Source: Macrostomum lignano
Lineage: Eukaryota
NCBI GenBank assembly: GCA_002269645.1
Contig: NIVC01000052.1
Span: 1 to 64,000 of the forward strand
Direction of reading: 5' to 3'
DNA length: 64,000 nt
The translations under genes were made by a program, and so were the position numbers. Position 1 is the first letter of the stretch. The number at the start of each line of letters is the position of its first letter. The notes beneath the pieces are model-generated. The model was not told the DNA's origin. It made no database searches and saw nothing but the letters and a program-made list of their open reading frames with translations. Shown here one piece after another: positions 53,422 to 64,000 of the stretch.

Positions 53422-55389
53422 ATGAGCAACTTCTTCTGCAGCTTGTGCAATGTCAACCTATTAGACGAGAACATGCTACAGATCCACCTGGGCACCGTCC
53501 AGCACCAGGAGATGCTGAATAAGCAGCAGAGAGCGGCGGCATCTAGTAGTAACCAAAGCGGCGACCAGCCAATGTCAGTTGACGGAGCTCTCATGTGCTC
53601 CCTGTGCGACGCCAAGTGCACCAGCGAGGCCGCCTATCAGATGCACATCAACGGTGCCAAGCACGCCAAGAAGGTGCGCGACGCCGAGTTTCAACGCAAG
53701 AAGGAGGCTAAGCATCCCGATGTTTATTGCCAGCTGTGCGACCTGACCCTGCAGCCGGAGCTCATGCAGGCAAGTTTTGCGGACTAGTGCTGTAGTTTTT
53801 TTAGTTTTTGCTTGTTTAGAGAGGCAGGGGTGTGTATCCTGGCGCACTTCAAGCAAGATTGTAATTACTGCCATACATGCGCAACCCTCTGATTTACACT
53901 TTTTAACCAAAAATGCGACTTACCTGTGAAGAAAACAAGCAAAAAATAATGTAATTTTGGGTTAGGGTCAGGTTCTCCAGGTAGGGTGTTGGGGTCGGGT
54001 TCCCCAGGTAGGGTGTTGGGGTCGGGTTCCCCAGGTAGGGTGTTGGGGTCAGGTTCTCCAGGTAGGGTGTTGGGGTCGGGTTCCCCAGGTAGGGTGTTGG
54101 GTCGGGTTCCCCAGGTAGGGTGTTGGGGTCAGGTTCTCCAGGTAGGGTGTTGGGGTCGGGTTCCCCAGGTAGGGTGTTGGGGTCGGGTTCCCCAGGTAGG
54201 GTGTTGGGGTCAGGTTCTCCAGGTAGGGTGTTGGGGTCGGGTTCCCCAGGTAGGGTTTTAGGGTCGAGTTCCCCAGGTAGGGTGTTGGGGTCGGGTTCTC
54301 CAGGTAGGGTGTTGGGGTCGGGTTCTCTAGGTAGGGTGTTAGGGTCGGGTTCCCCAGGTAGGGTGTTGGGGTCGGGTTCTCCAGGTAGGGTGTTGGGGTC
54401 GGGTTCTCTAGGTAGGGTGTTAGGGTCGGGTTCTCTAGGTAGGGTGTTGGGGGTAGGGTGTTAGGGTCAGGTTCTCCAGGTAGGGTGTTAGGGTCAGGTT
54501 CTCCAGGTAGGGTGTTAGGGTCAGGTTCTCCAGGTAGGGTGTTGGGGTCGGGTTCCCCAGGTAGGGTGTTGGGGTCGGGTTCCCCAGGTAGGGTGTTAGG
54601 GTCAGGTTCTCCAGGTAGGGTGTTAGGGTCAGGTTCTCCAGGTAGGGTGTTGGGGTCGGGTTCCCCAGGTAGGGTGTTGGGGTCGGGTTCCCCAGGTAGG
54701 GTGTTGGGGTCAGGTTCTCCAGGTAGGGTGTTGGGGTCAGGTTCTCCAGGTAGGGTGTTGGGGTCAGGTTGGTGGTTCTTTCCAATCTGTAAGCAGGTAA
54801 GTCAGGCGTCGCTGAATTACAAAACTCGTGCCCCACTTGGCCTCCTGCAGACCCACCTGAACGGCATGAAACACCTGAACGCCCTTAAAGCTTCTGGCGA
54901 TCCAACTGCGGCCGCCCTCATCACGAGCAAGAAGAACAAGGTGGCCGAGGTCAAGGTGAGGCTCGAGAAAGATTGTGGTTCATGGTGAATTTAAAGATTT
55001 CCCGCCTGAATTATGATTTCGATTAGACTTTCGAGTGGGCAATTGATCCTGGCTATTTAGCGGTGAAAATTTCAAAACAAGTTGGTAATCCATGCTCACC
55101 TATCCAGGCCATGCAGTCGATGCAGCAGAAGGGCTCAGCCAAGACCCTGGGCCCCATGCTCCCGCCCGGATCCAACGTGAATCACAGCGCCGCGCTGAGC
55201 CAGATGCCCAAGGCCGAGATCCAGAAACTGCTGGGCAAACGGCACCACATGAAGTGCTCTGTGTGCGATGTGCCCGAGTTCACCACCTTCAGCCAGGCTG
55301 AGCACCACTTCAACTCCAAGGCGCACCGGGTGGCCTACCAGCAGCACCAGCAGCAGATGAGTGAGTGCCTGATTGTCTGTGACTGTCTC

Positions 55390-55440
<51 letters not shown>

Positions 55441-55449
55441 GTCTGTGAC

Positions 55450-55491
<42 letters not shown>

Positions 55492-55645
55492 CCTGTCTGT
55501 CTGTCTGACTGTCTGTCTGTCTGTGACTGTCTCTTTGTCTGTCTGTCTATCTGTCTGTCTGTGACTGTCTCTTTGTTTGTCTGTCTGTCTGTGACTGTCT
55601 CTTTGTCTGTCTGTCTATCTGTCTGTCTGTGACTGTCTCTTTGTT

Positions 55646-55676
<31 letters not shown>

Positions 55677-55757
55677 CTCTGTCTGTCTGTTTGTCTGTCT
55701 CTGTCTGTCTGTCGGTCTGTCTGTCTGACTGACTGTCTGTCTGTCTGTCTGTCTGAC

Positions 55758-55802
<45 letters not shown>

Positions 55803-55835
55803 GACTGTTTGTCTGTCTGACTGTCTGTCTATCTA

Positions 55836-55870
<35 letters not shown>

Positions 55871-56373
55871 GACTGTCTGTCTGTCTGTCTGACTGACTGT
55901 CTGGCTGTTTGTCTGTCCGTCTGTCTGTCTGTCTGGCGGTTTGTCTGTCCGTCTGTCTGTTTGACTGTCTGTCTGTCTGTCTGTCTGGCTATCTGTCTGT
56001 ATGTCTGTCAGCGTGCTCGTCTGTCCTTCTGACCATCATTATAGCGCTGTCAATGAGTCCGGTTTGTGTGTTTTATACTGGCCCAATGATGTCCCAAGAT
56101 GCTGTTACTCCATCTGTACACAAACTCCTACACACCCCGCCGCCAGTCAAAGCCAAGGGCAAGCTGTGCGAGCTGTGCAAAGTGACCGTCAGCTCTGACG
56201 AGCTGCTGGAAGCGCACCGCAAAGGCTACAAGCACACCCTGCGGGCGATGAACGGCCAGATACCGCCCGGTCACGAATATTACGATAAATTCGTCAAGCA
56301 CCAGGAGACCATGCGCAATCTGAAGGCTGGCAAGTCCGCCTCGGCCCCGGCTTCGTCTAATGTTTCTAGTTGA
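53422..56373 (+). CDS. Five-finger U1/matrin-type C2H2 zinc-finger protein (JAZ/ZNF346/ZNF385-like, predicted dsRNA binding)
   Basis: Exons 53422-53769, 54851-54955, 55108-55360 and ~56081/56099-56373. Fingers: CSLC..HLGTVQH, CSLC..HINGAKH, CQLC..|THLNGMKH (split by intron 1), CSVC..HFNSKAH and CELC..HRKGYKH, with the HxxGxxH spacing typical of this class. Confidence 0.88.
53960..54770. repeat. 27-bp G-rich minisatellite (about 30 copies) in zinc-finger intron 1
   Basis: Unit ggtagggtgttggggtcgggtt(c/ct)cccag. ORFs 53986..54988 are repeat translations. Confidence 0.95.
55370..56010. repeat. (GTCT)n microsatellite in zinc-finger intron 3
   Basis: Seen directly. Confidence 0.95.
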
Positions 56374-56470
56374 ACTGTTTCTAAATTCGCACGTGTTCTT
56401 TGCCGACTGTTTGCATCTCGTAATATGAACTGGTGTGTTAAGGGAAATTCACCAATTTGGCGCGAGGGCA

Positions 56471-56713
56471 CGACTATTGACTGCCAAAGATGTAAGTTTG
56501 AGCTTTAGTTTAGGGTTTGGGTTTAGGTTTCGGTTCGGGTTTGGGTTTAGGTTTGGGTTTGGGTTTAGGTTTGGGTTTAGGTTTGGTTTGGGTTTAGGTT
56601 TGGTTTGGGTTTAGGTTTGGGTTTAGGTTTGGGTTTGGGTTTAGGTTTGGGTTTGGGTTTAGGTTTGGGTTTGGGTTTAGGTTTGGGTTTAGGTTAGCAG
56701 CAGTCAATCATCG
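56471..56713. repeat. (GGTTTA/GGTTTG)n telomere-like hexamer tract bracketed by short inverted repeats
   Basis: Tract ~56505-56696; cgactattgactgc (56471-56484) and gcagtcaatcatcg (56700-56713) are 12/14 reverse complements. Confidence 0.75.
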
Positions 56714-57254
56714 CAAACCCATTCAGCGCAACCGTGTATATAACATTGATGGTTTGCATTGTGACCGGTTTGTCCTTGAATTGTTCATCAGTAAAAATCA
56801 ATAACAATGGTTGAAGTTAAAACTATGTAGCAACTATAAGAATGATTGATGCTTTTATCGTTTGATGCACTTATACTCGTACTTGTTGACTCTCCCCTTC
56901 ATCAGAAGTCACTATTAAGGGTTTTTTAAAATCGTTTTGTTACTTTTTAATGGGTCGTGTATTCAATATTTTAATTGTTTTCGTCTCTGTTTTATTAACA
57001 CATCCTAGTTGCATAGAAAGTGCTTATATGTTGCTGCTTGACGCTTAATCAAGTCTCAAATGTCTTTTACTTTGTTGTAAGTCATCCTCACATGATAAGA
57101 AACAAGCTTTCTGCATCTCAATCCGCAATTTTACGCTACGTTACGCTTGTAATAATATGCTAATCAATTTGTAAGATCGTTTTTGCAAATTAAAAATAAT
57201 TTGCAATAATTCCCAAGGGTTAGTATATTAGATCAAGCTACACACCAGCGAGTC

Positions 57255-57540
57255 CATTTAGTGGTGTTCTAAAAATAGAATTAATGTACGCACCATTGAA
57301 TCCATTCAGTGGGCGTTCTAAAAATAGAATCAATGTACGCACCATCGAATCCATTCAGTGGGCGTTCTAAAAATAGAATCAATGTACGCACCATCGAATC
57401 CATTCAGTGGGCGTTCTAAAAATAGAATCAATGTACGCACCATCGAATCCATTCAATGGGCGTTCTAAAAATAGAATCAATGTACGCACCATCGAATCCA
57501 TTCAGTGGGCGTTCTAAAAATAGAATCAATGTACGTATCA
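57255..57540. repeat. 49-bp tandem repeat (about 6 copies)
   Basis: gaatcaatg recurs at 57327, 57376 and 57425. Confidence 0.92.
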
Positions 57541-59419
57541 GCTAATAAATTGGACAAAATTTTTTTTCTTACCAAATATATCGAATCCTGCACCGAAATA
57601 GCAGAAAAATTAACTTTATAACTTTTTGTTGATATCAGGCATCAAAATAAGTATTTGTTTTAACACTTTAGGCTATAAATTATATTGTTTTTTATATTTC
57701 TTAGTCATTTCGCTGTCATATTTGACTTACAATGATTGTGCTTCTTTTGCAAATCATAACTAAGCAAACCAGCGAGCCTGCTGCACGAATCATTCTGCTC
57801 TGAAAACTTATTATTTGTTCGATGCAATCGTTGCTTATTAATTCAAGTATTTATTTAATTTTTCAAAAGATCTGAAATTCCTCTCAGCCCGCTAGATACT
57901 ACTGCTTATTTGAAGTAGTACAGAGAACTGGACGTTTGATGAATTTAAATAAAGCAGCTAATCAAGCCTGTCTGCGCTTAATGAGACTGAGAGTGTAAAA
58001 TGTGAAAATTGCATTTTATTATTCACTGTTGCTTGCTTAAATTTCCAGTGGGCTTCAGTTTTTAAGAAATCACAAATTGGACGCCGCAATTAGGCCGAAA
58101 TGCAACACGAGCAGGGTGCGAGTTACCGAGCCTAATGGATGATGGGCGCTACTCTAAAGCATGGGGGTGAGATGGCTGGGAACTCTAAACCCTATTCATC
58201 CTGCAATTACTTCTTTTTTAAGAGAAGGGCAGAGGGAGAGGCACTTATCATCAGAAGTGCGAAAATTTCGGCCTTTTTTAATTGGGAGGGGGGTTGGCTT
58301 AATTCCAAACCCATCATCGCTCCCGGTCCCGTCTTGCTGAGCTGCCTGAGCTCAATATCCCCCCCCCCCAATCGCTGGAGGCCTGCAGGCAGAATCGGAG
58401 GTATCGCGCCGCCAATTTAGGAAGGAAAGAAGGTCGCGGGGCGGGGGCCGCCCGCTCACTCCATGCGCGTTGCTTAATCACGCAGAAGGCCTGCGAGAGC
58501 TGGGCTTGGGTTCAGCTCTCTCTATAAGGGATGATTTAGGTGTGAGAAATATTGGGCGGGCAATTAAGGAACTGTGCGCTCGGGGCGGGGCCATAACCTC
58601 CGGCCTGCGCCCTCTAGCCGCCCCCCTCACCCAAGTCCCACCCGATCAATAAATGCGCGCGGCTCGTGTCCCCCTGTTTAGTGTGAAATCCAGCGTGACG
58701 TCAGCTCGCGATTCTTCCCCCTCGGCGCAGCGCAAATCGATCAAATAAAATTTCCAGATCGGATTGGATTAATACCCGGCCAAGGTCAGGCGGGAGGAAA
58801 TCTCGGGACCCTAATTTTATCCCCCACTCCCCCGCCCCCGAATCTCGCGCGCGCGTGTGTATTTTACTTAACGAAATGAAATGAAAGCAAAAAAAGAAGT
58901 TTAGCCACTGGGTCAGTCTTGCGGGTGAAAAAAACAGCAAATTTGGCTGACGGTCGCCCACCTCAACTCCCGCTACCCCAGTTGCACGCAGCATTCGGGC
59001 TGTAATAGGATTAGGGGGGCCTGCTGAAGGAAGCAGCAATCCAAGTATATGGGGAGCTCAAGAATTTCTCCCGCGAAAGAGGAGAAAGCTTAATCTTGCC
59101 TGTCAAGAGCACGAAGCAAATCGTGCCTTAATTTATGTGCCCACCCTCCTACCAGGCCTGAGAAGCCATTTTGGGTAGCCGAAACACGAACTGCGCAAGA
59201 GGTGGGTGCAGCTTTGCTATATGGGATCGTAAAAATTCAATTCCGGAGCACCCCTGGGTTCTTTCTCTGCTCCTTTGCACGCCTAATTTCTGGGATCAAA
59301 TTGTACTGCGGCGTTTTCATGAATAATCAGTTTGCATTTCTTAGGGACCGGGAAGTGTTCTACGTTTTAAGAAAATGCACACCAGCCAGTTGGGGTTGGT
59401 GATTCGGTGGCGGGGAGTA

Positions 59420-59680
59420 GGATAGGTGTCTTGGGCGCAAAGTAGTGAGGTGGGTGTCCTGGGCGCAAAGTAGTGAGGTGGGTGTCCTGGGCGCGAGGGA
59501 GTGAGGTGTGTGTCTTGGGCGTGAGGGAGTGAGGTGGGTGTCTTGGGCGCGAGGGAGTGAGGTGGGTGTCCTGGGCGCGAGGGAGTGAGGTGGGTGTCTT
59601 GGGCGCGAGGGAGTGAGGTGGGTGTCTTGGGCGCGAGGGAGTGAGGTGGGTGTCTTGGGCGCGAGGAGTGAGGTGAGTGT
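59420..59680. repeat. 28-bp G-rich minisatellite
   Basis: Unit gggagtgaggtgggtgtcttgggcgcga; same family as 60500-60965. Confidence 0.9.
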
Positions 59681-60499
59681 CTCGGAGGTAGGGAGCGAGC
59701 CGTCTGTCTGAGACAGAGGGAGTGAGTTACGTGGTTTGGTTGCCTCATTAAAGCCAGAACTGGTGTATTTAAATGACGGTTGTCTCCAATTGCTAAAATG
59801 ACGTTAATTCTTTCTAATCTACCACTATATTAAATTCGACTGTTCATCAACCCTCCCCTACATATAGTGCATGGTGCCGCCAAAATGCCGAGTTCCTTGC
59901 CAAAAAGCAGTCTTATTTATTTGATCTGGATGCCTAATAGCGTCACTCTGCAATATTCTGAATTTGCAAATAATAACCACATAGGAACTAAAACTCAATC
60001 GAATATCTCGTTTGCCGCTGCTATCTCGCCGTCTGTGTGCTCCCCTCTTGCTCAGGCTAATTAATGTTCGCTGGCTCTCGAGTTCCGCGGAGAAAGGAAT
60101 GGTAGGAGTCGAAGTACTTGCTTTACCCTCCCACCAGCACGAGGAACTTGTCCACTTTCACCCTCTCTTCTCCGGCCTACTCGCTCTCTCTTCAGTCCAG
60201 AGCCGAGTGTCAGCAGTAGAGAGAGGGTGAATTTTTGATTAAACAGAATGGGCAAACACAATTAATTGGCTCGCCTGCTTGTAATTTAATTAGGCGACTG
60301 GGGACTCCGACGACGTCCTGACCTGCGAGTGCCGCTCGATGCTGCTCCTAATTCAGCTCGAGCTGGTAAACAAAATATACTTGATAATAATACAGTTGCT
60401 CTGCTGGCTTGTTCTCGATGGACGCTTAAAATTTTATGCCTAGTAATGAGGCTTAAAAACTGATCTGATTCCCTAGACTGCCCTAAATTTAAGCAAGTG

Positions 60500-60965
60500 G
60501 AGTGAGGTGGAGTGAGGTGGGTGTCTTGGGCGCAAGGGAGTGAGATGGGTGTCACGGAGGCAGGGAATGAGGTGGGAGTCTTGGGCGCAAGGGAGTGAGG
60601 TGGGTGTCTTGGGCGCAAGGGAGTGAGGTGGGTGTCTTGGGCGCAAGGGAGTGAGATGGGTGTCACGTAGGCAGGGAGTGAGGTGGGTGTCTTGGGCGCA
60701 AGGGAGTGGAGTGGTTGTTTTGGAGGCAGGGAGTGAGGTGTGTGGCTCGGAACCAGGGAGGGAGGTGGGTGGCTCGGAACCAGGGAGGGAGGTGGGTGGC
60801 TCGGAACCAGGGAGGGAGGTGGGTGGCTCGGAACCAGGGAGGGAGGTGGGTGGCTCGGAACCAGGGAGGTGGGTGTCTTGGCTGCAGCGAGTCTCGGGGT
60901 CGGGGAGTGAGGTTGGTGTCTCGCGGGCAAGAAGTGGGGTGGGTGTCTTGAGGGCAGGGAGTGAG
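60500..60965. repeat. 28-bp G-rich minisatellite with an internal 27-bp sub-array
   Basis: gggagtgaggtgggtgtcttgggcgcaa units, plus gtggctcggaaccagggagggaggtgg units at ~60740-60870. Confidence 0.9.
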
Positions 60966-61439
60966 TTGGGTGTCTATTAGGAAAACAAGCGTTAGTCCAT
61001 TCAAACTCGTTCCCTCCCAGTTTGTCCAAGCCATTCAATGCATTTGAAATCCGAGTCGGAATCGTGAGCTCCCATTGCCTGGGGGTGGCTGGCTGCTCCG
61101 ATCTGCAGCTTTCCTGGAAAAGGGAATCCTTGCGCCCCACGACTGCTTGCGAATCCAACAGGTGCAGCGGGAGATATCCGCTCCCCAATTCCGCCCCTCC
61201 CCCTGTCGAGTTCGGCAAATCTGTTTCCCTTAGCCGCACCGGTCTTCTGCTTATGACCGGAGATCCAAGCAATTTGCTGAGCATTTGCGGAGGAAGGGCT
61301 CTGTCTGGATCAAATTTTAACTTGGCCCTGCCGTGCACTGGGAGGCCGTGCTGTGCCTCATTTTCCCTTTGCTGTGTCTCAGTCACCCTCAGCCACTCTT
61401 TCTCTGTCGAACCTTATGACTTCTCTAAATCTTAAATTT

Positions 61440-63090
61440 CAATCCATCTCAACTGAGATCTCAATCTATCTCAATTAATTCTCAATTCGTCTCACTTGGA
61501 TCTCAGCCTTTGTCACTTAGATCTCAGTCTCTCACTTAGATCTCAATCTGTTTCACTTAGATCTCAGTCTGTCTCACTTAGATCTCAGTCTGTCTCGCTT
61601 AGATCTCAATCTGTCTCACTTAGATCTCAGTCTGTCTCACTTAGATCTCAGTCTGTCTCACTTAGATCTCAATCAGTCTCACTTGGATCTCAGTCTGTGT
61701 CACTTAGATCTCAGTCTCTCACTTAGATCTCAATCTGTCTCACTTAGATCTCAGTCTGTCTCACTTAGATCTCACTCAGTCTCACTCTTTGATCTCAGTC
61801 TGTGTCACTTAGATCTCAGTCTGTCTCACCTGGATCTCAGTCTGTCTCACTTGGATCTCAGTCTCTCACTTAGATCTCAATCTGTCTCACTTAGATCTCA
61901 GTCTGTCTCACTTAGATCTCAATCAGTCTCACTTGGATCTCAGTCTGTTTCACTTAGATCTCAATCTGTCTCACTTAGATCTCAATCTTTTCACTTAGAT
62001 CTCAATCAGTCTCACTTGGATCTCAGTCTTTGTCACTTAGATCTCAGTCTCTCACTTAGATCTCAATCTGTCTCACTTAGATCTCAGTCTGTCTCACTTA
62101 GATCTCACTCAGTCTCACTTGGATCTCAGTCTGTGTCACTTGGATCTCAGTCTCTCACTTGGATCTCAGTCTCTCACTTGGATCTCAGTCTCTTACTTGG
62201 ATCTCAGTCTGTCTTACCTGGATCTCAGTCTGTCTCACTTGGATCTCAGTCTCTCACTTAGATCTCAGTCTGTCTCACTTGGATCTCAGTCTGTCTCACT
62301 TGGATCTCAGTCTCTCACTTGGATCTCAGGCTCAGTCTCACCTGGATCTCAGTCTGTGTCACTTAGATCTCAATCAGTCTCACTTGGATCTCAGTCTGTG
62401 TCACTTAGATCTCAGTCTCTCACTTGGATCTCAGTCTCTCACTTGGATCTCAGTCTCTCACTTAGATCTCAATCTGTCTCACTTAGATCTCAGTCTGTCT
62501 CACCTGGATCTCAGTCTCTCACTTAGATCTCAATCAGTCTCACTTGGATCTCAGTCTGTGTCACTTAGATCTCAGTCTTTCACTTGGATCTCAGTCTCTT
62601 ACTTAGATATCAGTCTGTCTCACCTGGATCTCAGTCTGTCTCACTTGGATCTCAGTCTCTCACTTAGATCTCAATCTGTCTCACTTGGATCTCAGTCTGT
62701 GTCACTTAGATCTCAGTCTCTCACTTGGATCTCAGTCTCTCACTTGGATCTCAGTCTCTCACTTAGATCTCAATCTGTCTCACTTAGATCTCAGTCTGTC
62801 TCACCTGGATCTCAGTCTCTCACTTAGATCTCAATCAGTCTCACTTGGATCTCAGTCTGTGTCACTTAGATCTCAGTCTTTCACTTGGATCTCAGTCTCT
62901 TACTTAGATATCAGTCTGTCTCACCTGGATCTCAGTCTGTCTCACTTGGATCTCAGTCTCTCACTTAGATCTCAATCTGTCTCACTTGGATCTCAGTCTG
63001 TCTCACTTGGATCTCAGTCTCTCACTTAGATCTCAGCCTGTCTCACTTGGATCTCAGTCTCTCACTTAGATCTCAGTCTCTCACTTGGAT
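61440..63090. repeat. 19-21 bp satellite
   Basis: Unit cactt(a/g)gatctcagtctgtct. All ORFs in 61496..63029 are repeat translations. Confidence 0.95.
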
Positions 63091-64000
63091 AAATACATAT
63101 AAGATAGTTTTTTAATATTTCCCTTGCACCTCAAAGTGAGTTCCCCAGAGCTGGCTAGATGGGATCTGTCTCATCTGGGTTGTATTAATAGTCACGAGCC
63201 AGTTCAGACGCCTCAATTTGGATAAAAATACTATTTGAGCCCCGACCTCGGCTCTGCGCTAATCATCTAATTCTCGTAGATGAATGAAAAAAGACCTCAG
63301 GGGCGAAAAACGCGGACGGGAGATAAACTCATAGGGATTATTAGAGATCGAAAAGGGGTGCAAAGACGATAGGCAAAGCACTGACCTCCCCTCGCGCTCT
63401 GCTAACAGCAGAAGCCGGGGGCTCCAACCCCCCCCCCCCCCAGCCTCCAGCCCAAACAGGTGCAAAGCTGCTCCGGGGAGTTGGTTGATCGAATCTCCCC
63501 CGTCGCCAGGCGGGCGATGTCGTCCCGCTCGAACATAATGCCATCGATTTTGTCATCCGCCCCTTCCAGTCCGCCTCTGCACCTGGCTGGGAAGCAGCAA
63601 GCCAGGTGTCTGAGCCATCCGGTCTCAAGCAGGCCCTTGATTCTCTCAGATCCGCTGCTTTCTCGGCTTCTTCCGCACCCACCCCCCTCCGCGCCCTCTT
63701 TCAGCTCTGCCGTTCCCTCTTTCTACCGTCTTCTTCCTTCCTTAGCCGGCCCCGATTTCCCTTTTTTAATCCCCTTGCCAGCGATTATTATCCGGCCCGA
63801 CTGCCGCGCAGCAGTGTCAGAATTTGTTTTGTTTATTGTTTATTGCCTGTGTACAGTATTGGCGCGCTTGTATGGTGCTCAGGAGTCAAGCGGAATGGGA
63901 AGACTGACGTCACAGCTGGTTGTGACGCCGAAGGCATTGAGCCAGGGTGCCTGCGAATATTAATTATGAACTAGAATCCCGAACAAGAAGCGAATACTGC

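Noticed and set aside
56505-56696. Interstitial telomere or chromosome fusion scar
   Set aside because: The units are GGTTTA/GGTTTG in one orientation, not TTAGGG, and inverted repeats bracket the tract.
60286-61386. 366-aa minus-strand ORF
   Set aside because: Its middle is satellite translation and the flanks have no recognisable domain.
371-63029. Dozens of ORF-track entries with periodic translations (LSIY, TQLPAPCPF, MCLPASQ, GSGSPGRVL, LSVC, HLDLSLS and others)
   Set aside because: They are translations of micro- and minisatellites, mostly inside introns of the real genes.

Overview
Eukaryotic, intron-containing animal DNA. The minisatellite-packed introns and the style of the Mab-21 gene suggest a flatworm such as Macrostomum; this is inference, not shown. 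Five spliced genes could be rebuilt exon by exon with consistent phases: BUB3 (-, 14877-17216), TMEM164 (-, 21229-25980), a cytohesin/ARNO-type Sec7-PH Arf-GEF (+, 31410-40427), a gene with about 19 ankyrin repeats fused to a cGAS-like/Mab-21 nucleotidyltransferase (-, 42908-47362) and a five-finger JAZ/ZNF346-type zinc-finger gene (+, 53422-56373). Two weaker minus-strand genes lie near the left end: a Pro/RGG-rich ORF and an orphan exon of about 460 codons. The rest is tandem repeats, SINEs (one nested in another), MITEs, a probable Helitron end and a decayed non-LTR retrotransposon fragment. The strongest candidate for a new system is the ankyrin-cGLR receptor. It has an intact NTase catalytic motif and an unrecognised C-terminal domain, but one in-frame TAG in ankyrin repeat 15; the same C>T change also creates a GT donor for a possible 36-nt, frame-restoring intron. 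Secondary oddities are two GC-AG introns, a different minisatellite in 12 of the 14 introns of the four conventional genes, and two intronic satellites whose monomers carry an AG|GT splice-junction motif.
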